The position numbers and the translations under genes were made by a program. Below, one piece after another: positions 27,704 through 35,971 of a stretch of DNA of 64,000 nucleotides (position 1 is the stretch's first letter; every line of letters begins with the position of its first letter). Under the pieces are notes generated by a model, which saw only the letters and a program-made list of their open reading frames with translations, did no database searches and was not told where the DNA came from. The stretch lies in the NCBI GenBank assembly GCA_027028245.1, contig JALVJO010000021.1, positions 7,639-71,638 of the forward strand, written 5' to 3'. The stretch is from Deltaproteobacteria bacterium. GTDB lineage: Bacteria; Desulfobacterota; Dissulfuribacteria; Dissulfuribacterales; QOAL01.

Positions 27704-29168
27704 CCGGGAAATGAACCTTGAGCCATGACAGGGCCTCTTCCTTTGTCTTCAATCTCCCCTCTATTCTGGCAGCTTCCACGGCTGCCAGGGCCTTTCCCAC
27801 CAGGGGGCCGGGTTCAATGGAAAAGGCCGTCATTATATCCCTGCCGTTCAAAAGGGGCTTTGTCTTCTTGACGGGCAGAAGCCTGTTCTTGTAAAAACTG
27901 TGTATGCGGTCAAACAACAGGGAAAGCTCCTGATCCAGTCCTTCCGGCTTCAGGGGACCGCAGCCTGCCATGCTGTCTGCCATTGCCAGGAGGAAGAGGG
28001 CCGGGTAGTCGGATTCTATTTCCTGCAGCAGTTTCCTCATGGCCCTTTTGCTTGGTCCGCCCTTCCTCAGGTCATTGAGCAGGTGAAAGGGACGCATGTG
28101 CATGCGGACAAGTCTTTGCACAAATTCGCTTTCCAGCCTGGACCACCTGAGACGCCGGGCAATGCCGGCTGCCATTTCGGCTCCCTGCCTGTCGTGGTTA
28201 TAGAATGTAACCCTTCCATCCTCTTTCATCCCCCTGCGGGAAGGTTTTCCAAAGTCATGCAGGAGGCCTGCCCACTTTAGATATGGCACTAATGGACGGT
28301 TTTTTCTAAGCCATTTCGCAAATACGTCGCAGGCTGAAAACTTTATGCACGGATCCTCAGCCAGCCTGTCCAGGCAGCTTACCGTCTCAAGGCAGTGACC
28401 CAGGACATCCAGGTGATGAAACCCGGGCTGGTCTACTCCTTCGGCCTCTCTTACCTCTGGAACAACAGCCTGGAGGAGGCCTGCTTTAAACATTTCTTCA
28501 AGGCTCCGGCCGGCATGTTCAGTGGCCATTATCCGCTCCAGTTCATAGTTTATCCTTTCTGATGCAGACCTCAGGATGAGATCGGCGTGACCTTGGATAA
28601 AACTTAGGAGTTCCTGGTCCAGGGTAAAATCAAGCAAGGCACGGAACCTGAATGCCCTGAGCATTCGAAGTGGATCTTCTTCCAGGTTTTTCAGGGCAAT
28701 AGCCCTGATGACCCTGGCCGTAAGGTCTCTTCGGCCGCCATGAGGATCGATCAGGGTCTCGAGCAGATATGTTTTTCTGACCAGCAGGCCCGAAGGACTT
28801 TTTTCGATAAAAGGGATCAGGCTTTTCAACAGGGATGCCATGGCATTAATGGTAAAATCCCTGAAGCCAAGGTCTTCTTCAATGGATTTTGCCCCCTTCC
28901 TGAAGGAGCTGAAGTCGAAACTGTAATCCTTCAGGACCACCCGGGCCACATCCTCCTTGGTGTCAAGGAGAACAAAGGCGCCGCCGATCATGGAGGCAAA
29001 GGATCTTGCTGTTTCAACAGCCTCACCCGGCAGCACAAGGTCGATGTCCAGAACAGGTCTTTCCAGCAGCCAGTCCCTTACAGGGCCTCCTGCAATATAT
29101 ACCGGCTGTCCTTCTGCCTCGTGCAGTATCTTTTCGAAGGCCTCTTTCATCTTCGGGGAAAGGGACAA
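27684..29168 (-). CDS. cca: CCA-adding tRNA nucleotidyltransferase / poly(A)-polymerase-family enzyme with HD domain
   Basis: Head domain YIAGGPVRDWLL...DIDLV. C-terminal HD motif GLLHDFGK. Confidence 0.85.
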   Translation of the reverse strand: MSLSPKMKEAFEKILHEAEGQPVYIAGGPVRDWLLERPVLDIDLVLPGEAVETARSFASMIGGAFVLLDTKEDVARVVLKDYSFDFSSFRKGAKSIEEDLGFRDFTINAMASLLKSLIPFIEKSPSGLLVRKTYLLETLIDPHGGRRDLTARVIRAIALKNLEEDPLRMLRAFRFRALLDFTLDQELLSFIQGHADLILRSASERINYELERIMATEHAGRSLEEMFKAGLLQAVVPEVREAEGVDQPGFHHLDVLGHCLETVSCLDRLAEDPCIKFSACDVFAKWLRKNRPLVPYLKWAGLLHDFGKPSRRGMKEDGRVTFYNHDRQGAEMAAGIARRLRWSRLESEFVQRLVRMHMRPFHLLNDLRKGGPSKRAMRKLLQEIESDYPALFLLAMADSMAGCGPLKPEGLDQELSLLFDRIHSFYKNRLLPVKKTKPLLNGRDIMTAFSIEPGPLVGKALAAVEAARIEGRLKTKEEALSWLKVHFPDELSDS

Positions 29169-29173
29169 AGGCC

Positions 29174-29527
29174 TCAGGCCTTAAAGAACAGGTAGCCGGC
29201 AAGACATGCCAGTACCACGGCAAATACCTTCTTGAACTGGGCAGTGGAAATATGCTGGAGAATCATGGCTCCGAGCTGGGCCCCAAGAATACCGCCGAGT
29301 CCGAGCAATGCCCCGGTCTTGAAATCCACGTTGTCGAACCTGCCGTGAGCTGCCAGTGCAGATATACTTATCACCAGTATTGCCATGAAACTTGTGCCAA
29401 CTGCCTTCTGGGCTGAATAACCTAAAAAGAGAAGAAGGGGCACCATGAGAAAGCCGCCTCCCAGGCCAGTAAACGATGCACCTGTCCCCACAGCCAGTCC
29501 TATTGCAATATATATCAAGCTCTGCAC
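29174..29527 (-). CDS. Half-size TSUP (TauE/SafE) family membrane protein
   Basis: GASFTGLGGGFLMVPLLLF and GLGGILGAQLG motifs, 4 hydrophobic helices. Start set at GTG 29527, preceded by AAGGAGG at 6 nt spacing; the track ORF extends to 29587. Confidence 0.7.
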   Translation of the reverse strand: MQSLIYIAIGLAVGTGASFTGLGGGFLMVPLLLFLGYSAQKAVGTSFMAILVISISALAAHGRFDNVDFKTGALLGLGGILGAQLGAMILQHISTAQFKKVFAVVLACLAGYLFFKA

Positions 29528-29600
29528 TGTGTGCCTCCTTGACCGTGTTGTCCATGCTACATTAGTAGGCATGGAAGCAGGCTTCAAGGCAGAAGCCGAA

Positions 29601-29825
29601 GGGAAGCATTCCCAGTTTGGCCCTGGACGAAGAAGAGCAAGGAAGGGGTATTTCTTTCAAGCTTCACCAAGCCGCTGTGCAGGTTTCGAATTCTTCTCGA
29701 ATACACACATGGCCAATCTTGGCGGCTTGGCTGCGGCTGAAGTTGGCTTCCTTGTGGTAAAACCTTTCAAGAAACACCCCTTCCTTGCCAGTGACACATA
29801 TGGGGGACAAACAGGGAATGCTCTC
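29601..29825 (+). mobile_element. MITE-like repeat, copy 1 (degenerate TIRs, flanking direct repeat)
   Basis: Homologous by eye over about 220 bp to the reverse complement of 60187-60406. Ends are gggaagcattcccagtttgg / acaaacagggaatgctctc. It is flanked by agccgaa at 29594-29600 and 29826-29832. Confidence 0.7.
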
Positions 29826-29970
29826 AGCCGAAGCATGGAACCTGTTTCACGTGACACATGCATCCCATAAGGGGCTGATGCCCTGAAATCAGAGGGTCTC
29901 TTTATGTAGGACTAAAAATCTGACAGGGAATAGGAAGAAGCGGATGCGGATTACCTCCCCCAGTGCATTT

Positions 29971-32952
29971 TCACCCAAAAGCTGAACAGTTGACCTGATA
30001 AAAGAGGTTAGGAAATATCCTTGAGAGCCTTTCCTGGAGTCGGCAGAACTGCGTGAGATTCTTCGGCACTTGATACCTGGAAAGAGGCTCATCATCTAAG
30101 TGTTCCTTGTTCTTGTCCAGCCACTCATGAAGCTGCCTTAGATTATATGAAAGGATATCTTCTGCAGGATGCTCCTTGGCCGCATCATTGAACCTGCTGA
30201 CAGCTTCATAAAATTTTCTCCAGGAGGAAAAATCCACCTGTTCGGTATCCCACATGGCAGCGATTACATCGTCCCAGTGGTGCTGAAAATCATATGGCCC
30301 GGCCTGGCTGCCCATGAGCAGCCTGCAGAATTCATCCAGGTGAAGCCAGTTGCATGCCGCCTTTTTCTCTCCAATGCTGCGTGCCGGTTTTTTAAGTGCC
30401 TCATACGCAATATGCCTGCCCAGGGCCCTGTAAGATTCGAACTGTTCCTCTGTAAAGAACTGGTTGGCCGTGGTTTCGTGAGGGAATGCAGGCGAACGTC
30501 TTTTATAATTTATTATTGGTGTCATCTCGTCACCGGTAAGGCTGCTTTTCAGCACCACCAGCCAGCTTGCCTGCCATGGTCTGTCAGGATAAAGGATTCT
30601 GCCTACGAGGTGGTGGCATTTGGTAAAACCCTTTTCATCCAGCACAAACTGCTGCCAGGTGTCCCTTAGATCGATCTTGATGCCCTCGTCCACATAGATC
30701 TGGCGCAGAGAACTGTTGAGGGAGCCGAATGTAAAATCGGGATCGCATTCCGCATCTGCCGAGATAATCAGTTTTGCACGTCTTTTTAGAAGGGGAATGA
30801 TTCCCAGATTATCACCGCAATGACCGCCATCGCTGATATACAAAATGCTGTCAGATGCATTGCCGGAACCGGTTAATTCCTTGAAAAGAGGCTTCATCCA
30901 ATACCTGATGCGGTCAGTTTTCTTCCTTCCGTCTGCAAGATATGCCGGATTCATCACCCAGCAGCCTAGGCGCATCCCAAGTATGGTACAGGCAAAGGAA
31001 GTGAGCCTGCTGGTCATTTTGCCCATGATGGGGGCAACAGCTGCACCACTGATGGTTATGGCCCTGGCAAGGGTGGTCTCGGCATAAAACCTTTCTGTCT
31101 CTACATAGCCTGTGCTCTCGGAGCCGGTAAAAAGCCTTGAAAATAGAAAGGGTTCGGTCTTTCGTTTCAGTCCCTTCAGGTTGTGTTCAGATGTAAGGTT
31201 CAATGTGGCATTTATGATATGATAAGGCCCCATGGCGGCAACGTTCTGCGGCCCGCGGAGTTGTTTTTTACTGCATTTTCCGAGCCTTCCATGCAGTTCT
31301 GAAAGCCTTATGCTTGTTGTCTTTCTTACTATGCAGTTGAAGAGCTCCTCGGCGCTTCTGGATTTGGGATTCAGCCCGGTAAGAACAGATGTCTGGAAAA
31401 AGGCCTCTGCAAGCCTGTCCCTGTAAAGGTAATGATTTGAGAGGCGATTGAAATTAAAACATGGCAGTCCGAAAAATACTGCAGCCGCAATGCCCAGGGT
31501 TAAGACCGGAGCACTAAAAAGGCCAGGCTCCAGGGCAATGTTTTCCAGCCACTTCCCCTCCCAGATGATCCTGTCAGCCAGCTGTCCTATGATGAGAATA
31601 AAAAACAGGATAAACAGGTAAACTGCCGCGGAAAAAAGCAGTTTTTTGGTTTTAATGGCCAACTCCTCGGAGATTATGCGGGATTTTTTTGAATCAGATG
31701 CCAGACTGTCCAGCAGGTACTTGATGCCTGCTGCCAGTATCGCCTGGATTCCCGGAAGTATTTTTCCAGGGGTCATCTTGATGAGAATAGGCAAAAGAGC
31801 GGTCAAAAGGCCCGCTACTGCCAGGGACAATAGTGAACCGGCCATAATATAGGTATTTGACCTTAGATTTAAATTCCAGAATTTTTGTGACGTGGTCATT
31901 AAGCAGTAAAACAAAAATACGATTATGAAGGCACAAATTGAAAACAAGGGGAAATCCATCAAAAAATAAGGATATCGACTGGTGGTAGTATGAATTTCAA
32001 GGGCACTGAATATCGTCAGGAGGATGGAAACAGCTGCTGCCGCCAAGAAAACTGTCCAGAAACTGGAAGGGAGAAAATGGACCTCTTCTATATCTCTTTT
32101 TCCCATTTTTAATAAAGAGAGGCCTAGACACACGACTAATATGCCGTCAAGAAAAAATACGAATTTAACATGGTCAAATGTAGCAACATAATCCTTCGCA
32201 CAGGCCTGATAAAAACCTATTACGGTCTTCCAGGAATACGGGAGGAGATTGATCGAAATATCTGCTGTACTCAAAAGCCAGGTGATAAACAGCATGTAAA
32301 TGAGGGTTATTAAGGTCAGGAAGGATGTGAACCAGAGAAATGGTGCAAGAAAGTGAAGGCTCAGGGCACCTGCAGTTCTCAATGCCTCAAAGGCGTGCGC
32401 ACCTCCTGGCAGCAGGAAATTTGAATGGTTTCTAAGATGCTTCATCTCGGCCCTGGGGCTGAACCTGCTGCTCCAGGGGGCCTTTCTTCTTTCGCTGCCC
32501 TCGATGCAGCATGGGGAAGGCCCTTTGCCTTCCGTTACTGCTTCCATCTTATCCCTCAAGGGGAATCTTTCCCAGTCGGTGCCAAAAAGGCCCCGATCCT
32601 CTTGGGAAAAATCAAATACGTCCCGGCCGGACAGACATCCTTTACCCGGATCCTTTAGAGACAAGAGGGCCGTAAGGCATCCTCCTATATAACCTCCGCC
32701 GGAGACGGTACTCAGTATGTCCACCATCCTGAGAAGACCAAGCCGGGAAAGTTCCTGCAGGACACCGAGGTTCAAAAGGGCAGATCGTATTCCTCCGCCC
32801 GAAAGGCTGAGACCAACCAGACTCGTCTGTACCGGAGGGCAGGCGCCCTTTTGATCCTTGGGCCGTTCCTCTTGAAGACGCTGTCTCCTTCTTTCAATAA
32901 CCTTTATCTCTTCTTCCCAAATCTTCCTGGTAGATCCATAAAGTTTCCCCAT
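29971..32952 (-). CDS. Patatin-like/cPLA2-like phospholipase with large multi-helix membrane insertion
   Basis: Oxyanion SGGGIRS (aa 51-57), nucleophile elbow TVSGG (Ser84) and catalytic Asp in ISDGG (Asp708). About 8 hydrophobic helices lie between roughly aa 190 and 520. Confidence 0.85.
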   Translation of the reverse strand: MGKLYGSTRKIWEEEIKVIERRRQRLQEERPKDQKGACPPVQTSLVGLSLSGGGIRSALLNLGVLQELSRLGLLRMVDILSTVSGGGYIGGCLTALLSLKDPGKGCLSGRDVFDFSQEDRGLFGTDWERFPLRDKMEAVTEGKGPSPCCIEGSERRKAPWSSRFSPRAEMKHLRNHSNFLLPGGAHAFEALRTAGALSLHFLAPFLWFTSFLTLITLIYMLFITWLLSTADISINLLPYSWKTVIGFYQACAKDYVATFDHVKFVFFLDGILVVCLGLSLLKMGKRDIEEVHFLPSSFWTVFLAAAAVSILLTIFSALEIHTTTSRYPYFLMDFPLFSICAFIIVFLFYCLMTTSQKFWNLNLRSNTYIMAGSLLSLAVAGLLTALLPILIKMTPGKILPGIQAILAAGIKYLLDSLASDSKKSRIISEELAIKTKKLLFSAAVYLFILFFILIIGQLADRIIWEGKWLENIALEPGLFSAPVLTLGIAAAVFFGLPCFNFNRLSNHYLYRDRLAEAFFQTSVLTGLNPKSRSAEELFNCIVRKTTSIRLSELHGRLGKCSKKQLRGPQNVAAMGPYHIINATLNLTSEHNLKGLKRKTEPFLFSRLFTGSESTGYVETERFYAETTLARAITISGAAVAPIMGKMTSRLTSFACTILGMRLGCWVMNPAYLADGRKKTDRIRYWMKPLFKELTGSGNASDSILYISDGGHCGDNLGIIPLLKRRAKLIISADAECDPDFTFGSLNSSLRQIYVDEGIKIDLRDTWQQFVLDEKGFTKCHHLVGRILYPDRPWQASWLVVLKSSLTGDEMTPIINYKRRSPAFPHETTANQFFTEEQFESYRALGRHIAYEALKKPARSIGEKKAACNWLHLDEFCRLLMGSQAGPYDFQHHWDDVIAAMWDTEQVDFSSWRKFYEAVSRFNDAAKEHPAEDILSYNLRQLHEWLDKNKEHLDDEPLSRYQVPKNLTQFCRLQERLSRIFPNLFYQVNCSAFG

Positions 32953-33168
32953 CAGGATACCCCCATTCCCTGAAAAGCTTCAGAAGAGAAGCGGTATTCC
33001 GTCATCTATGATGACGAGTAGTTGTGATATTTATGATTATATCATAATTTCAACGCGGGAGAATGTGGCCATTTCTGCCCAGTGGAATTGAACTTTTCTG
33101 GATTAAATATTGCATTTCCAGAGACCGGTCTTTATATTTGCATAAAAATTTTTCACTGGAGTTTGAAA

Positions 33169-33459
33169 ATGGAATGTAACACCAACAGACCGGGTTCTGA
33201 GTGCAGGTTCATGGGCAAAAAGGGCTGCACCTTTATGGGCGGTGCCTGCTTCCAGGTTGTAGAAAAGTGCCAGGGCTGCAACAAGATAGTCGAGACCTCT
33301 GCAGGTCGTTTTTGTGCTGTGTTTCCTCACCCTGAGATGAAATGGCAAAGGGGCGTATGCAACTTTGCAAGCCACGTAAAGCCGGAGATCCCACAGGATG
33401 CATCCGGAAGGGCAATCAACCCCTTGAAGGCAGCCAAGAGGGCATCTCGGGGCAAATAG
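33169..33459 (+). CDS. PxxKW-family cysteine-rich small protein
   Basis: 96 aa from ATG 33169 (GGAG 8 nt upstream). 10 Cys, and the motif PEMKW (PxxKW). The track ORF starts at 33082 with no RBS. Confidence 0.65.
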   Translation: MECNTNRPGSECRFMGKKGCTFMGGACFQVVEKCQGCNKIVETSAGRFCAVFPHPEMKWQRGVCNFASHVKPEIPQDASGRAINPLKAAKRASRGK

Positions 33460-33580
33460 GCGAATCTTTCTGTTCAGACCATTCCGGCGCTCTGTTCTCC
33501 TTTAAATCAGGAGGGGCGCCTTTGTTTTTTTTACCAGATTGTTCGTATCATCTTGTCCGTGTCATGGGCCGCACCATTCG

Positions 33581-35134
33581 TTAGCTTCTGCCAGCCATTC
33601 CCCATATCCTGGGCAGCCAGTCAGCTACCTCCCCGGCAAAATAGCCGAAGGGGCCCGTTGTCTTTGCAAGGAGATCTGCTGCCTTTCCATGTGCGTATAC
33701 CCCTGCCCTTGCAGCATCCCAAGCTGAATAGTCCTGGGCCAGAAGGGCTCCGATGATCCCGGTCAGGCAGTCTCCCATGCCTCCGCTTCCCATGCCTGCA
33801 TTGCCCGTGGAATTTATGGCTACCTTGCCCGAGGGGCTGCAAATCACAGTGGAATAGCCCTTGAGCACCACGAAAACCCCGTTGTCCTGTGCGAGCTTGC
33901 GGGCAGCACCTATCCGGTCTTCCTGCACCTCTCCAACCGAGACATCCAGCAGTCTTGCCATTTCACCTGGATGGGGCGTAAGTACTCTGGGAGCAGTACC
34001 TTTTCTCATGACTTCCTGGGCACCAGCCACCGCAGTCAAGGCGTCTGCGTCTATTACCAGGGGCAGGGGACAGCGGGCAATCACTTCCTGGCAAAATATT
34101 TCAGCCTCCCTGGACAGCCCCAGCCCCGGGCCGATGCAGACAGCCCTTTTCCTTTCATAGAGTTCCTCCAATATTTCTGAAGCATGGTAACTGGGTTCGC
34201 CCACAGGTGTTTCAGGCAGGCCCTCTGTCATGGCCTCGGTAAGCTTGCCTGCAATGATAAACTGTGAGCTTCTGGGTGCCGCAACGGTCACAAGACCTGC
34301 TCCGCTTCTAAGTGCTGCCCTTGCTGCCAGACAGACTGCACCGGTCTTCCCTCTTGAACCCCCCAGGATCAGGACATGTCCGAATGTCCCCTTGTGTCCA
34401 TCCGGCGGCCTGACCTTGAAACAGGCCGAAAATTCCTCTTCCTGGAAATATTCTGCATGGATTTGTGCACCTGACACAAAAGAAGCAGGGATGCCTATAT
34501 CCACCACGTGGAGACGGCCGGTATACAGCCTGCCCGGCCAGTTGACGTGACCGATCTTGGCCATTGCCATTGTTGCCGTACAATCTGCCTTGACGGCACA
34601 ACCCAGGACCTTTCCCGTATCCGAGGAGAGCCCTGATGCTATATCCACGGCCAGCACACCGGCGCTGCTGTCATTTATCATGTCTACCGCCCTGGCAAAA
34701 TGTCCTTCCACGTTTCGGCTTAGCCCGGTACCAAATATCGCATCCACAATCACCCCTGATTTGTCAAAAAGCAGCTGATTTGCCTGAAGGCTTGTTTCAT
34801 CGGCACACTCGAGAATGGAGATATCCAGGCCTTGACAGATGTTGAGGTTGGCAAGGGCATCTCCCCTGAATCGTTCAAGACTGCACAGGCAGATGACCCT
34901 CACACTAAGGCCTTTTTGGGAAAGATGCCTGGCTATTACAAAGCCGTCACCTCCATTGTTGCCGGGACCGGCCACCACAAGACAGCCCTGTTCCAGCCCG
35001 GGAGAAAACTCCTTTAGAAGTATCTCTGTGCAGCCCCGGCCTGCATTTTCCATGAGGACAATCCCGGGAATACCGAGGTCTTCGATGGTCTTCCGGTCAA
35101 GTTCCTGCATGGTTTTTGCGTCTGTCAACAGCAT
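33581..35134 (-). CDS. nnr: Bifunctional NAD(P)H-hydrate repair enzyme (epimerase/ADP-dependent dehydratase)
   Basis: N-terminal YjeF_N (GPGNNGGDG) and C-terminal carbohydrate-kinase domain (GGSRGKTGA...GMGSGGMGDCLTG). Confidence 0.92.
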   Translation of the reverse strand: MLLTDAKTMQELDRKTIEDLGIPGIVLMENAGRGCTEILLKEFSPGLEQGCLVVAGPGNNGGDGFVIARHLSQKGLSVRVICLCSLERFRGDALANLNICQGLDISILECADETSLQANQLLFDKSGVIVDAIFGTGLSRNVEGHFARAVDMINDSSAGVLAVDIASGLSSDTGKVLGCAVKADCTATMAMAKIGHVNWPGRLYTGRLHVVDIGIPASFVSGAQIHAEYFQEEEFSACFKVRPPDGHKGTFGHVLILGGSRGKTGAVCLAARAALRSGAGLVTVAAPRSSQFIIAGKLTEAMTEGLPETPVGEPSYHASEILEELYERKRAVCIGPGLGLSREAEIFCQEVIARCPLPLVIDADALTAVAGAQEVMRKGTAPRVLTPHPGEMARLLDVSVGEVQEDRIGAARKLAQDNGVFVVLKGYSTVICSPSGKVAINSTGNAGMGSGGMGDCLTGIIGALLAQDYSAWDAARAGVYAHGKAADLLAKTTGPFGYFAGEVADWLPRIWGMAGRS

Positions 35135-35136
35135 GA

Positions 35137-35949
35137 TTACTGTTCCTCCAATCCTTTTTTCTTCCTAACTGCCCACAAAATGATACCGAAAACAATCAGC
35201 ACAAGACTCAGAATTTGGCCCATGGTTAGCCACCCCAGGGCAATAAAGCCAAGCTGGGGGTCAGGCTCCCTGAAAAATTCCACAAAGAATCTTATTATGC
35301 CGTAGCCTGCAAAAAAGAGGGCTGTCTTCCTGCCTGTAGGCCAGGGTCTTCTGCGAACAGACCACATCAGCCAGAACAGGATCACGCCCTCGAGAAAGGC
35401 CTCGTAGATCTGGGATGGATGCCGGGGGACGAATCCCCCGTCGGGGAAAATCATGGCCCAAGGTACATCTGAAGGCCGGCCGTAAAGCTCCCCATTTATG
35501 AAATTTCCAATGCGGCCCAATCCCAGTCCTATGGGAGCTGTAATACAGAACCTGTCTGCCCACTTAAAAAAATCCGTTCCATTTTTTTTGCAAAAGAGCC
35601 AGCCTGCAATGAGCACCCCTGCTGCACCGCCGTGAAAGGACATGCCGCCGTGCCAGGTGGCAAGTATCTCAGAAGGGTGCTGAATAAAGTAAGCGGGATT
35701 GTAGAAAAGGACGTATCCCAGCCGCCCTCCGACAATCACCCCGGCTACCAGGACCACTATGATCCCGTCGAGAAGGGCAAGTTCCCTGGCGATTTTTCCC
35801 GGATCCCGGTGACCGCGTTCTTCATGTATCTGTTTTTTCACCAGGAAAAATGAGGCGAAAAAACCCAGCAGATACATGAGCCCGTACCAGCGCAAAGCCA
35901 GGGGACCAATATGGACAATGACCGGATCTATCCTTGGATAGGGTATCAT
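35137..35949 (-). CDS. lgt: Prolipoprotein diacylglyceryl transferase
   Basis: GPLALRWYGLMYLLGF, GRIGNFINGELYG and HPSQIYE motifs. Confidence 0.94.
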   Translation of the reverse strand: MIPYPRIDPVIVHIGPLALRWYGLMYLLGFFASFFLVKKQIHEERGHRDPGKIARELALLDGIIVVLVAGVIVGGRLGYVLFYNPAYFIQHPSEILATWHGGMSFHGGAAGVLIAGWLFCKKNGTDFFKWADRFCITAPIGLGLGRIGNFINGELYGRPSDVPWAMIFPDGGFVPRHPSQIYEAFLEGVILFWLMWSVRRRPWPTGRKTALFFAGYGIIRFFVEFFREPDPQLGFIALGWLTMGQILSLVLIVFGIILWAVRKKKGLEEQ

Positions 35950-35971
35950 GGAAGAGGAGATGGCGGCCCGG

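Noticed and set aside
29445-29870. Two track ORFs, 29445..29870(+) and 60154..60351(-), share a peptide block (PSRCA(G/D)F(E/K)FFSNT...LGGL(A/T)AAE(V/I)GFLVVKPFKKHP). This could be read as a conserved small protein.
   Set aside because: The similarity coincides exactly with the DNA repeat, including its non-coding TIRs. The ORFs differ in start, end and length, lack an RBS, and one runs through the TSUP gene start. DNA-level repeat homology explains the block better.
29527-29970. The TSUP gene might have been truncated by the MITE-like insertion.
   Set aside because: The sequence beyond the element (29826-29970) has no TSUP-like coding remnant in any frame. It abuts the patatin gene stop, and the short gene has its own consensus RBS and GTG start.
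33066-33079. A sigma54-like promoter, TGGCCATTTCTGCC, upstream of the PxxKW gene. A sigma54 activator is encoded in the window.
   Set aside because: The GG-to-GC spacing is 10 nt rather than the required 12 (TGGCAC-N5-TTGC). TGGCTTAAAAATGAC at about 39603, upstream of fbp, was also rejected because its -12 element is TGAC rather than TTGC.
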